DNA from: an uncultured bacterium | Lineage (GTDB): Bacteria; Patescibacteriota; Minisyncoccia; Phycocordibacterales; DATDWN01 | Direction: 5' to 3' | DNA: 64,000 nt | Assembly: GCA_963727715.1 (NCBI GenBank) | Contig: CAVSGX010000004.1 | Span: 82,582-146,581, forward strand | In this document: in pieces, positions 53,024 to 63,088 of the stretch | How positions within the stretch are numbered: the first letter of the stretch is position 1 | Layout of the letters: the number at the start of each line of letters is the position of its first letter | Notes under the pieces: generated by a model | Database searches by the model: none | What the model was told of the DNA's origin: nothing | What the model saw: only the letters and a program-made list of their open reading frames with translations | Translations under genes and position numbers: made by a program

Positions 53024-55201
53024 ATGAATTTAAATTCTCCACTTTCGGACGTACTGCGAATACTGCCGGCGCACAAAAAGGCGTTGGACAAGCTTGGGCT
53101 GAAAACAGTCAGGAATTTGCTTTACCATTTTCCGGTACGATATGGCAACACAAAAGAAATAAAATACATTGGGTCGCTTTTGGCCGGTCAGGAAGCGACT
53201 GTTTTTGGCACAGTGACCGGACTGAAAACAAGCAGGGGTTTCCGTAGTAGAATTCCGATGTCGGAGGCCACGCTTTCCGATGAGACGGGTAAAATAAAAA
53301 TCGTCTGGTTCCATCAGCCATACATCGCCAAGATGCTCCACGAAGGCGCGAGTGTGCGCGTACAGGGGAAAATTTCCGAAAAAAGAAAGAAAGATGCTGA
53401 CGGACACGGAGAGATTTATTTTTCAAATCCGAAAGTGGAAGTGGTGCGGAGTATTCCCGTCGGCGTCGGCAAAAGTCTTTTTGGCCAGTCGGGCGACGAG
53501 CATAGTTTGTATCCGGTTTATCCGGAAAGTCGCGGAGTAACTTCCAACTGGATTTACCACGCCGTTGAAAAAATTTTTCGTAGCGACATTTTGGAAAATT
53601 TAGAGGAAAACATCCCGCCAGAGATTTTAGAAAAATATAATCTGCCATCTCTCAAGACCGCGCTGATTTGGATTCACACGCCGAAAAAAGAATCCGACGC
53701 CGAAGCGGCCCGCAAAAGATTCGCTTTTGAAGAAATTTTTTTCATTCAGCTTCAAAAACAGCGCGATAAAAAAATCTGGCAGAGTGAGAAAAGTTTTGAA
53801 ATTTCTCCGAACAAAAAAAATGTTGATGAATTTGTGGCGCGATTTCCTTTCACCCCGACAGAAGCCCAGAAAAAAGCTGTTTATGTGGTGCTGGCCGATT
53901 TCAAAAAAGGTCATCCGATGTCGCGACTACTTGAAGGAGACGTCGGGAGTGGCAAAACAGCTGTGGCTGCCACATGCGCTTTCGCCGTAGTGACAAGTCG
54001 ACCAAACGGCCAAGATTTCGGCAACTTGCAAGTCGCCTACATGGCCCCGACGGAAATTTTAGCCAAACAACATTATGAAAATTTTATTGGATATTTCAAA
54101 CATCTACCAATTAAAGTCGGACTTCTGACCGGAAGCGACTGCCAGATTTTTCCAAGCAAATCCGACCGAACAAAACCGACCAAAATTTCTCGTGTTCAAC
54201 TTTTGAAGTGGGTGGCCAATGGCGAGGTGCCGATTTTGATTGGCACGCACGCACTCATTCAAAAATCTGTCGCATGGAAGCACTTGGCATTCGTGGTCAT
54301 CGACGAACAGCACCGCTTCGGCACGGCCCAACGCCAGAAACTGATACAAAAAAATTCCGTCGCGCCACATCTCCTGACCATGACCGCCACCCCGATTCCC
54401 CGCACTTTGGCCTTGACCATTTACGGCGATTTGGATTTGACTTTGCTTGACCAAATGCCCGTCGGTAGAAAACCAATTATTACCAAAATTATTTTGCCAC
54501 AGAACAGAGAAAAAACTTATGAGGAAATCTCGCGAGAACTTGAAAACGACCGTCAACTTTATGTCATTTGCCCGCGCATTGAAGAGCCCGACCCGACCAA
54601 AGAATTGGCCATTATTGCCAAATCGGTCAAACTGGAAGCTGAGCGGTTAAAGCGCGACATTTTCCAAAAATGGAACATCGGCATTCTGCACAGTAAAATG
54701 ACGCCAGCCGAAAAAGAAAAAACCATGCAGGAATTTTTGGCAAAAAAAATTGATATTCTGGTTGCCACATCTGTGGTAGAAGTCGGCGTTAATGTGCCGA
54801 ACGCCACTATGATCGTCATTGAAGGCGCCGAACGCTTTGGTCTGTCGCAACTTCACCAACTGCGCGGACGCGTCATTCGTTCAAACCATCAAGCCTACTG
54901 TTTTGTTTTCACCGAAAGCAAAAGTGAGAAAACGCGCGAGCGCTTGAAAGCGCTGACTACAGCCAAAAATGGTTTTGAACTTTCCGAATTTGATTTGGCA
55001 CAACGCGGAGCCGGCGAACTTTATGGCAGAAAACAATGGGGCATCTCGGACTTGGCCATGGAAGCCATCAAAAATATAAAAATGGTGGAAGCGGCTCGCT
55101 TGGAAGCCACACAAATTATTGACTCTGACCAGCTACTGCAAAAACACCCGAAACTTTTGGATCACATTTCAAATCAAACAAACGCCATTCATTTTGAATA
55201 A
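53024..55201 (+). CDS. recG: ATP-dependent DNA helicase RecG
   Basis: RLLEGDVGSGKT, DEQHRFG, TATPIPRTL and QLHQLRGRV motifs. Confidence 0.99.
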   Translation: MNLNSPLSDVLRILPAHKKALDKLGLKTVRNLLYHFPVRYGNTKEIKYIGSLLAGQEATVFGTVTGLKTSRGFRSRIPMSEATLSDETGKIKIVWFHQPYIAKMLHEGASVRVQGKISEKRKKDADGHGEIYFSNPKVEVVRSIPVGVGKSLFGQSGDEHSLYPVYPESRGVTSNWIYHAVEKIFRSDILENLEENIPPEILEKYNLPSLKTALIWIHTPKKESDAEAARKRFAFEEIFFIQLQKQRDKKIWQSEKSFEISPNKKNVDEFVARFPFTPTEAQKKAVYVVLADFKKGHPMSRLLEGDVGSGKTAVAATCAFAVVTSRPNGQDFGNLQVAYMAPTEILAKQHYENFIGYFKHLPIKVGLLTGSDCQIFPSKSDRTKPTKISRVQLLKWVANGEVPILIGTHALIQKSVAWKHLAFVVIDEQHRFGTAQRQKLIQKNSVAPHLLTMTATPIPRTLALTIYGDLDLTLLDQMPVGRKPIITKIILPQNREKTYEEISRELENDRQLYVICPRIEEPDPTKELAIIAKSVKLEAERLKRDIFQKWNIGILHSKMTPAEKEKTMQEFLAKKIDILVATSVVEVGVNVPNATMIVIEGAERFGLSQLHQLRGRVIRSNHQAYCFVFTESKSEKTRERLKALTTAKNGFELSEFDLAQRGAGELYGRKQWGISDLAMEAIKNIKMVEAARLEATQIIDSDQLLQKHPKLLDHISNQTNAIHFE

Positions 55202-55254
55202 AAAGAAATCCACCACTCACTTTGTGTTTGGTGGACAATTAACAACTAACTATT

Positions 55255-55518
55255 TTATTCAAACTCAATTTTCTCGATCCCAAGATCACAAGGATCAACA
55301 AAATCAACTTCTAATCTTGGATTCCCTGGCTCCCCGGTTTTTGAACACTTTCCATTTGATAAAACCTTAACAACCACGGGACAACCTCCATGAGAATACA
55401 AAAAGTATATTAGGTGATTTTCTCTAAAAAAACCATGTTCCACGAAAGCAAGTCGGCTACGACGAATTACTCTCGCTTTATTACCCACATCTACCATTTG
55501 CTGTAACTGCGGCATCAT
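55255..55518 (-). CDS. Small orphan protein
   Basis: TGCTAGTAT promoter element followed by a GGAGGT SD. Confidence 0.55.
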   Translation of the reverse strand: MMPQLQQMVDVGNKARVIRRSRLAFVEHGFFRENHLIYFLYSHGGCPVVVKVLSNGKCSKTGEPGNPRLEVDFVDPCDLGIEKIEFE

Positions 55519-55600
55519 TACCTCCGGAGGTATACTAGCACATATTACAATAAAGGCAACGGACTCGCATTATAAAAAATATTATGATATAAAGTTTTAA

Positions 55601-56434
55601 ATGCTCAAGAAAATTTTTAAAATTGTTGTTTACATTTTCGCCGTCATTGGTTTTGTTTTGGTGGCTGGATATTTTGCTGTAAGATTTGGTTTGACAAATG
55701 TTCGTGGCATCATTGATGTTCAGCAACAGAGTTTTTTACAGAGTGGCCAAAGCGGACAAACTGCAAATGTAGTCGGTTCGCAGAGCAAAACATATTATTG
55801 GCAGACACTTCCCGAATGGCAAGTTATCAAAGTGGCCGTGCAAAAAGATCAGGGTGTCATTTCTCGCGCGGCAATGGTCAGTGGTGTTCCGGCTCGGCTC
55901 ATTGTGGCAGAGCTTATGGTAGAGCAAATTCGTTTTTTCACTGACGACCGCGAATCTTTCAAGAAATTTTTTGAACCTCTAAAAATTCTCGGCAGTGAAA
56001 CGCAATTCTCATGGGGTGTGATGGGTATCAAAGAGGATACAGCAATACAAATTGAAAATAATTTAAAAGACCCATCTTCGCCGTTCTACTTGGGACCGCA
56101 ATACGAACATCTTTTAGATTTTCAAACAGACAACCCGAAACAAGAACGCTTTGCCCGTATGACAGACCAGCACGACCACTATTATAGTTATCTCTACGCC
56201 GGACTTTATTTGCATGAAGTTGAAACACAATGGAAATCAGCTGGTTTTGATATCTCCGCCCGACCGGAAATTATTTCCACTCTCTACAACATCGGCTTTG
56301 CCAATTCAAAACCGAACGGAAACCCGCAATCCGGTGGCGCGCCGATCACACTCGGCCCGCAAACTTACAGCTTTGGTTCCCTGGCCGCCGAGTTTTACAA
56401 TTCAAATGAGTTACTAAACGAGTCCCCGAGGTAA
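55601..56434 (+). CDS. Membrane-anchored protein, possible lysozyme-like fold
   Basis: TM anchor; the VEQIR, SWGVMGIK and TLYNIG motifs resemble transglycosylase motifs. Confidence 0.65.
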   Translation: MLKKIFKIVVYIFAVIGFVLVAGYFAVRFGLTNVRGIIDVQQQSFLQSGQSGQTANVVGSQSKTYYWQTLPEWQVIKVAVQKDQGVISRAAMVSGVPARLIVAELMVEQIRFFTDDRESFKKFFEPLKILGSETQFSWGVMGIKEDTAIQIENNLKDPSSPFYLGPQYEHLLDFQTDNPKQERFARMTDQHDHYYSYLYAGLYLHEVETQWKSAGFDISARPEIISTLYNIGFANSKPNGNPQSGGAPITLGPQTYSFGSLAAEFYNSNELLNESPR

Positions 56435-57034
56435 TTATTTTTTGTAGAAAAATTTGCTCTTATTGTTAGTAAATTCTTCAAGAAGTTCCGACCAATATTT
56501 ATTGACTATTTTTGATTTGGAAATCTTTTCATTTTTATTTTCCACCACTTCTTCAAAAGTTACTCTCATTTCCTTGTGTAATTTCCCATCTTCAAGATAA
56601 ATTTGAATTGGTGGCAAAAGTTTATCAAGAGCATAAATAAATCTGCTTTCCTCGTCTTGTTTCTTTTCATATCTTTCAATAATTTTTGCCAAAGATTTAA
56701 AAAATGGAAATTTTTCTTTTATTTTTTTCAAAGATTCTTTTTCTCTTTTATGTTTTGAAGAATTTAAATTTTTATCCACAAAAAACGTGTCCCCCGCATA
56801 AATCTCCACCAAATCGTGCGCCAGAGCGTACATAAAACAAAGCTCTTTGTCGAGTTTGAGTTTGTCCTGCTCAATCAAAAACCAAGCCACCATGGCCAGC
56901 TGGTAACTATGCTCGGCGTCGTTTTCAAAACGTTCGCGAAATGGGGGTCTGGCTACGCGGATAATCTCCTGAAATTCATGAGTAAATTCAATAAAGTCCA
57001 AGAGCTGTTCAAATTCTTTGGAAAATTTTTTCAT
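56435..57034 (-). CDS. HD-domain hydrolase (YfbR/HD_3-like)
   Basis: ENDAEHS, AHDLVEIYAGD and ALDKL motifs. Confidence 0.92.
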   Translation of the reverse strand: MKKFSKEFEQLLDFIEFTHEFQEIIRVARPPFRERFENDAEHSYQLAMVAWFLIEQDKLKLDKELCFMYALAHDLVEIYAGDTFFVDKNLNSSKHKREKESLKKIKEKFPFFKSLAKIIERYEKKQDEESRFIYALDKLLPPIQIYLEDGKLHKEMRVTFEEVVENKNEKISKSKIVNKYWSELLEEFTNNKSKFFYKK

Positions 57035-57036
57035 TG

Positions 57037-57110
57037 TCCGCCCTCCACGACTCGAACGTGGGACCCTCGAGGTATAAGCTCGATGCTCTAACCAACTGAG
57101 CTAAGGGCGG
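57037..57110 (-). tRNA. tRNA-Ile(UAU), CCA not encoded
   Basis: Clean cloverleaf with anticodon arm TCGAG-CT-TAT-AC-CTCGA. Confidence 0.95.
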
Positions 57111-57169
57111 ATATTTTAAAACTATACTAGCATAAAACAAAGTCCGAAAAAACAAAAGACTAGCCGAAG

Positions 57170-57394
57170 CTAGCCTATATGATAAACAAGAGAATCTCCC
57201 GGGTGACGGACCGGTAAACCACCGTCTGGTTTTAAAACCATTGGTTCTAAACTGTCATCCCTCCCGCATTTATTGCAAATTTCATGAACAACAGTTTTAC
57301 CATCTTCTTCAATCAGTATATCCTCAATAATACCACCACAAGCAACAAGCTCTCCATCAATCAAACGAACACCCCCACATTTTCTTATACTCAT
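57170..57394 (-). CDS. Small orphan Cys4 (zinc-ribbon-like) protein
   Basis: CGG..CGG..CNKC pattern and an AAGGAG SD. Confidence 0.55.
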   Translation of the reverse strand: MSIRKCGGVRLIDGELVACGGIIEDILIEEDGKTVVHEICNKCGRDDSLEPMVLKPDGGLPVRHPGDSLVYHIG

Positions 57395-57449
57395 GACAGT
57401 CTCCTTGTTTAAATTAACATAAAAACCAAAAACAGACAAGTCCAAAAAT

Positions 57450-59387
57450 TTACACTTGATGTTCAATATCCATTTTCTGTTTCGGAGTGATGCCGTGAGA
57501 AATCAGGATTTGCTCAAACTCCGGTCTCTCGATTGTTTCCACATCCATCAGACGTTTGGCGATGGCGTCAAGAAGCGGACGGTTTTCGGTGATGGTGTTT
57601 ATGGCTTTGCTTTCAGCCTCTTTCATAATGCGCGAAACTTCAGCATCAATATCGGCAGCCACTTTCTCGGAAAATTCTTTTTCTTCCACACCGCGACCGA
57701 ACAAAACTTTGCCACCCTGCCCTTCCAGCGCCACCGGTCCGAGTTTTTCCGACATCCCATATTTCGTGACCATATCGCGAGCCAAAGCGGTGGAAACCTG
57801 CAAATCGTTTGATGGTCCTGTGGTCAAATCATCAAAAAGCATTCTCTCGGTCACATAACCGCCGAGGGAAACAGCGATGTCGTCCAGAAATTCTTTTTTG
57901 GATTGCAGTTTTTTGTCTTCAAACGGCAGTTTCAAAACATAACCGGCGGCGTGCCCGCGCGAGATGATGGAAATTTTGTGCACCGGATCGGCATACGGCA
58001 AAATGGAAGCCAAGACGGCATGGCCGGCTTCGTGGTAAGCGGTGATTTCTTTTTCTTTTTTGGAAAGAATGTGACTTTTGCGTTCCGGCCCGAGCATCAC
58101 TTTTTCTATGGAGCGAATTAAATCATACTGCGAAACTTTTTGGCGATTTTCGCGCGCGGCTAAAATAGCGCCTTCGTTCATCAGCGAATACAGATCGGCG
58201 CCGGAAAATCCGGGTGTGCGTTCGGCGATGACTTTCAGATTGACATCCTCGGCGAAGGGTTTTTTGACAGCATGCACTTTCAAAATTTCTTCGCGGTCGG
58301 CCCGATCTGGCAAGTCCAACGTGACCCGTCGGTCAAATCTGCCCGGTCGCAAAAGAGCGGGGTCTAAAACATCTGGACGGTTTGTCGCCGCCATGACAAT
58401 CACTTTTTCGTTCGGTTCAAAACCATCCATTTCCACCAAAATCTGATTGAGGGTTTGTTCGCGTTCGTCATTCCCGCCACCGGCGCCAACACCGCGAATT
58501 CTGCCGACCGCGTCAATTTCATCCACAAAAATAATGGCTGGCGCGTTTTTCTTGGCCATTAAAAATAGATCACGCACACGCGAAGCGCCGACACCAACAA
58601 ACATTTCCACGAACTCCGAACCGGAAATGGAAAAGAAAGCTACACCGGCCTCTCCCGCCACAGCCCGAGCTAGCAAAGTTTTGCCTGTGCCAGGCGCGCC
58701 CATGAGTAGTATGCCTTTTGGAATTCGCGCCCCGATGTCTAGAAACTTTTTTGGATTTTTCAAAAAATCCACAATTTCTGAAAGTTCTTCTTTGGCTTCT
58801 TTGCAACCGGCCACATCTTTGAATGTCACGCGTTGCGATTTGTCGTTCGGATCAATCATTCTAGCTTTGGATTGGCCAAAAGTCAGAGCTTGCATCCCTG
58901 CCCCGCGAACTTGCCGACTGATAAACCAAATAAAAATCAAAATAAAAAGCAGAGGAAAAATAATCGGAGCCAAATTGACCATCCAATAACCAAAACCTGT
59001 ATCTTCTTTGACAGTGATGCTAACTTTCCCGATGTCAGCTGGGGCCAAACCATAATTGACCAATGTTTGCGACAGAGCCTCGCCCGATTCTTTCTTGGCG
59101 TTTTTGATATCACCATTTTTGTATGTCAGTTGCAAATCGTCGCCTGTCACCACGATGCTAGTTACACTGCCGACTTTGATGTCTGTTGAAATTTGCGAAA
59201 GAGAAACGGTCGGCACCGATTTGGTTTTGTTGGAAATGTAGGAATAAGCCGAGGACAGCACAGCAAAAATAATTATTACCGATAAAATATATGTCAAAAT
59301 AGACCAGCCACTTTCCGGGTTGTCTTTCTTGTTCGGCGATTTTTTGATGATTATTTTGGTTGGTTTTTTTGGATTTTCCGGGTTCAT
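57450..59387 (-). CDS. ftsH: ATP-dependent zinc metalloprotease FtsH
   Basis: [22 protein letters not shown] and HEAGH motifs. Confidence 0.99.
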   Translation of the reverse strand: MNPENPKKPTKIIIKKSPNKKDNPESGWSILTYILSVIIIFAVLSSAYSYISNKTKSVPTVSLSQISTDIKVGSVTSIVVTGDDLQLTYKNGDIKNAKKESGEALSQTLVNYGLAPADIGKVSITVKEDTGFGYWMVNLAPIIFPLLFILIFIWFISRQVRGAGMQALTFGQSKARMIDPNDKSQRVTFKDVAGCKEAKEELSEIVDFLKNPKKFLDIGARIPKGILLMGAPGTGKTLLARAVAGEAGVAFFSISGSEFVEMFVGVGASRVRDLFLMAKKNAPAIIFVDEIDAVGRIRGVGAGGGNDEREQTLNQILVEMDGFEPNEKVIVMAATNRPDVLDPALLRPGRFDRRVTLDLPDRADREEILKVHAVKKPFAEDVNLKVIAERTPGFSGADLYSLMNEGAILAARENRQKVSQYDLIRSIEKVMLGPERKSHILSKKEKEITAYHEAGHAVLASILPYADPVHKISIISRGHAAGYVLKLPFEDKKLQSKKEFLDDIAVSLGGYVTERMLFDDLTTGPSNDLQVSTALARDMVTKYGMSEKLGPVALEGQGGKVLFGRGVEEKEFSEKVAADIDAEVSRIMKEAESKAINTITENRPLLDAIAKRLMDVETIERPEFEQILISHGITPKQKMDIEHQV

Positions 59388-59502
59388 AGGTCAATACAAT
59401 AACATAAAGACAGAAAAAAAGAAACGGTCTTCATTGTTTGTTCAGATTCATTCTGTTAGAATTAGTGCTCGGTCAGCAGATTTTAATATAAAAAATAAAA
59501 AT

Positions 59503-60102
59503 ATGATAAAACAATTTCAAGAAAAAAAATTTAATATTGGCTCGCTTGTCGGCATTTCGGAGAAAACAATGGGAGAACATTTGAAACTTTACGCCGGCTA
59601 TGTAAAAAATTCGAACGCTGTGGTTGAGAAGATCGCCGAATTTTCACAGGACACGGAGAAAAATGCATATCTTCTCGGCGAGCTTTTTCGGCGTTTCAGT
59701 TTTGAATACAACGGAATGCGCAATCATGAGTTGTATTTTGACAGTTTGTCTGATGGGGCTAAATCATTTTCGCAAGACAGTAATCTTGCAAAAATGATCG
59801 CCCGAGATTTCGGTTCGTTTGATTTATGGCTTTCGCAATTCAAAATTTTGGCCACTACTCGCGGAGTCGGCTGGGCAATGCTTTGGTACGACAGAAAAGA
59901 CGACCGATTGCTTTGCTCGTGGATTGATGAACAACATTTGGGACAACTCTCCGATTGCGCGCCGATTTTGGCTTTGGATATGTGGGAACACTCCTTCGTG
60001 GCCGATTACCAGCCAAGTGGCAAGAAAAAATACATTGAAGATTTTTTCACAAATCTGAATTGGCAGAAAGTTGAAAAAAATTATCTGGATGCAACAAAAT
60101 AA
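59503..60102 (+). CDS. sod: Fe/Mn superoxide dismutase
   Basis: NHELYF, GVGWA and DMWEHSF motifs. Confidence 0.92.
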   Translation: MIKQFQEKKFNIGSLVGISEKTMGEHLKLYAGYVKNSNAVVEKIAEFSQDTEKNAYLLGELFRRFSFEYNGMRNHELYFDSLSDGAKSFSQDSNLAKMIARDFGSFDLWLSQFKILATTRGVGWAMLWYDRKDDRLLCSWIDEQHLGQLSDCAPILALDMWEHSFVADYQPSGKKKYIEDFFTNLNWQKVEKNYLDATK

Positions 60103-60115
60103 AATTAAATATAAT

Positions 60116-60415
60116 TTAAGACCGCCCTTTCTCGGCGGCCCATTTTGCTTGCATCCTCATAAGATTCCGACTTCGCCCTCTGTGACGATTTGCCTCTACC
60201 AAATGAGATAACAGATAATCACACCTTTTAAGAGCTCTTTGAAAATTCTTAGTGAGACTCTTTTTTTGGCCAAAAACTTTTTCACAACATTTTACTAAGC
60301 GACTTCCAAGATGAACTAATCTCCGATATTCTTCAACACCGAGATTTTCAGGACCTTTAGACGTTTTTAGACAAATTCTAAACAATCTTCGTTCCAAACT
60401 TTGTTTGTAATTCAC
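60116..60415 (-). CDS. Small basic orphan protein
   Basis: AAGGAGGT SD before a GTG start. Confidence 0.5.
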   Translation of the reverse strand: MNYKQSLERRLFRICLKTSKGPENLGVEEYRRLVHLGSRLVKCCEKVFGQKKSLTKNFQRALKRCDYLLSHLVEANRHRGRSRNLMRMQAKWAAEKGRS

Positions 60416-60525
60416 AATAACCTCCTTTTGGAATAATATGCTAGTTTTTAAAATAGTCAAATAAAAAATGCGGGGTGGTTGACTTTTAGTTTTAAGATGA
60501 TAATCTGTCACCGGAGGTAATTTTC

Positions 60526-60768
60526 GTGGGTAATAATGCAAATACTTGCAAAGAATTGAATTTGGAATTGGTGAATGAAATGTCCACGGCTCTGATAAGA
60601 GCCCACCGGATTATTGGCTGTTTATACATAACAGCCACTTTAAAAGCCAGCCAAGCGACAAGAAACTTAGTAGTTGCTCAAGTTGCTGAAGCTTCTCAAA
60701 TTGGGTACAGAGAAGCTAAGGGACTTTTGGAGAGAGCTGAAAGAATATACGAATTGCCTGATGAATAA
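60526..60768 (+). CDS. Small orphan protein
   Basis: TTGACT..GATAAT promoter and a GGAGGT SD before GTG. Confidence 0.5.
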   Translation: MGNNANTCKELNLELVNEMSTALIRAHRIIGCLYITATLKASQATRNLVVAQVAEASQIGYREAKGLLERAERIYELPDE

Positions 60769-60785
60769 ATTCTGGGGCGGAAGCT

Positions 60786-62258
60786 TCAGGATTTTCTTTT
60801 TTGCAAAAAATACAAACCGGTGCCGATGAGTGTGTAAATTAAAATGACAACCCACGGCGAAAACGCCGGTAAAATGAATGAGCCGAAATAAAGTGTGGCA
60901 CCGATGTGGACAATGGTGAGCTGGTACCACAAAAGAGCATATGAAAAAATAGCCGGAATGTATGAAAGCCACAAAGAAAACATTCCGAAAAACCCCGTAA
61001 GAAAACCGAGAAACATCGCGCTTGGCACTGTGGCCAAAATCAAAATGTTGACGGGCAGAGCGACGAGCGAAAGAATGCCGGTTTGATAAATTAGAAAAGG
61101 CAGAACAACGAGCTGTGTGGAAATTGTGGCTGAAACGATTTCACGCATGCCAAATTTTTCCGGCACGCGAGTTAAGTGCGGTTCCAGAAAAGGCGAAACG
61201 AAAATAATGCCGATGGTGGCCAAAACCGAAAGTTGAAAAGAGACATCAAAAACCAAAAGCAAAGGATTCCAAAAAATCATCAGGACAACGGCCAGACCGA
61301 AAGCTCGGGCCACGCTATACTCTCTGCCGAACTTTCGAGCAATCAAAGCAGTCAAAACCATTATGGTCGCGCGCACAGCCGAAGCCCCGCCACCGGCCAA
61401 AATGGTGAACAAAATAATTCCGAGCGAACCGATTAGAAACGAAAATGTGGCCGGTAAAAAAGAAAAGAAAGCGATGACACTTTCGGCCACAATGGTAATG
61501 TTGTAGCCGGACAAGACCACCACATGCGAGACACCGGCACGGGCAAATTCAGAGAGCCACTCTTTGCCCAGCGACTGTTTGGCGCCGAGCAAAAGTCCGG
61601 CCGAGAGGTCTGACTCCGGTGGTGGCAGGCTTCGATTCATAGCCGAGACAAAAGTATTTTTTATTTTGAACAAATATTTTTTAATCACACTGCCGTGGTT
61701 TTGCGAAAGTAATTTCGGATAAACAAAACCGGCGGTGTACCAGATGCCCCGAACACGCAGATATCCGCCGTAATCAAACTCGCGGTCATTTGATTTTATT
61801 TTAGCCGGCAAAGAAAGTTTAGCCGAAAAAGAAATTTGATCACCGTAAGAAAATTGCGGATACAGTTCAGTAGTGATTAAAATTTTTTCGGAAAAAGGTT
61901 CGGTTGTCGTACCAACTTTGGCCAATTGCAAAAGAACGGTGAGCATTGCGGCTTTCTCGCGAACATCCGGCTCGTCAACTATGATGCCGACGAATTCGGT
62001 TTTTTTGTTTTCAAACTGGGAAAGAGTTGACGCGCGATAATTGTCAGAAAAATGCATTCGTGTCATGCCAAATATCGCGCCCAAAATAAAAATGGAAATA
62101 AAAAACAACAACCATTGTTGATTTTTTTGAACAAAAAATGAATAACTGAAAATCAGAAACCCGAAACAAACCACAATCAACACCAAACCCCAACTCGGAA
62201 AAATAAAAGAACCAATAAATATTCCGATGATAAAACCGAAAATTAAAGAGAGGATCAT
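60786..62258 (-). CDS. comEC: ComEC competence channel (OB plus competence domain, no MBL domain)
   Basis: FDYGGYL, GVSHVVVLSGYN, VRATIM and SFQLS motifs. Confidence 0.94.
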   Translation of the reverse strand: MILSLIFGFIIGIFIGSFIFPSWGLVLIVVCFGFLIFSYSFFVQKNQQWLLFFISIFILGAIFGMTRMHFSDNYRASTLSQFENKKTEFVGIIVDEPDVREKAAMLTVLLQLAKVGTTTEPFSEKILITTELYPQFSYGDQISFSAKLSLPAKIKSNDREFDYGGYLRVRGIWYTAGFVYPKLLSQNHGSVIKKYLFKIKNTFVSAMNRSLPPPESDLSAGLLLGAKQSLGKEWLSEFARAGVSHVVVLSGYNITIVAESVIAFFSFLPATFSFLIGSLGIILFTILAGGGASAVRATIMVLTALIARKFGREYSVARAFGLAVVLMIFWNPLLLVFDVSFQLSVLATIGIIFVSPFLEPHLTRVPEKFGMREIVSATISTQLVVLPFLIYQTGILSLVALPVNILILATVPSAMFLGFLTGFFGMFSLWLSYIPAIFSYALLWYQLTIVHIGATLYFGSFILPAFSPWVVILIYTLIGTGLYFLQKRKS

Positions 62259-62403
62259 GAGAAATTTCTAATTTTTAATTAACCTAATTTCTAAATAAAT
62301 TCTAATGACCAAATAACAAATTAGAAACTAAATCTGCTAGATCAGATTTTATTTTGAAATTGGTTATTGTTTAAAAATTAGAAATTAGATTAATTAGAAA
62401 TTT
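62259..62403. repeat. Inverted heptamer-repeat element, copy 2
   Basis: Same ends as 48966-49100; supplies the rnhA stop codon. Confidence 0.75.
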
Positions 62404-63076
62404 TTTCAAACCCAGAAATTATTTCCGCTTCTTCTTCCGGCGAGCGGGCTTTTTTGTATTTGGCGCCGGAAACACCGATGGTGTGCGCTCGGCAATCTTC
62501 CCAAGTTTTGTGCGTTGTGACAATGCCACCTACAAGAGAAACGTATGAGTAAGCGTAGATTCGCGACGGTTTGGCTGGTTTATTTTTCTCCGGCAAAGAG
62601 AGCGAGATGCCGTAACGCGAGAGCGAGCCGATATACAAAACAACCGGTTTCTTGTCGGCAAAAGATGTGGCAATAATGTCGCATCTCTCGTTGGCCGGAA
62701 TACCGGAATGCCCTTTCAGCAGTTGCCAATCTATTTTTTTCTTGGTTCGCGCTGTGGCAAGAAGCCTTTCCCACAAATCGCGATTCAAAACATCTTGCTT
62801 TTGCGAAGTTTGCCAATTATTTTTTTGCCAACCTAAAACCCAGCGTGTCGCACCGGAGAGAACATAAGCTGAATCGGTGTAAACGACAATCGGATCGCTG
62901 AAGCCGGCTTTTTCCAATCCGGAAATGGCCGCCAAAAGTTCCATTCTGTTGTTTGTGGTGTGCTCTTCCCCACCACCGAGTTCTGTCACCGTCTCGTCGG
63001 TGGCCAAAATAGTGCCCCAACCGCCCGGTCCGGGATTCCCTCTGGCCGCCCCATCTGTGAAAATAGTTGTGGTCAT
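62390..63076 (-). CDS. rnhA: Ribonuclease HI with a C-terminal hybrid-binding (Cauli_VI-like) domain
   Basis: TDGAARGNPGPGGWG, TTNNRMEL and KGHSG..NERCD motifs, plus TWEDC...GVSGAKYKK. Confidence 0.95.
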   Translation of the reverse strand: MTTTIFTDGAARGNPGPGGWGTILATDETVTELGGGEEHTTNNRMELLAAISGLEKAGFSDPIVVYTDSAYVLSGATRWVLGWQKNNWQTSQKQDVLNRDLWERLLATARTKKKIDWQLLKGHSGIPANERCDIIATSFADKKPVVLYIGSLSRYGISLSLPEKNKPAKPSRIYAYSYVSLVGGIVTTHKTWEDCRAHTIGVSGAKYKKARSPEEEAEIISGFEKISN

Positions 63077-63088
63077 AAAATAAGTATA

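Noticed and set aside
49849-63076. Split ComEC and RNase HI with a C-terminal hybrid-binding domain as novelties
   Set aside because: To my knowledge both arrangements are common in Patescibacteria.
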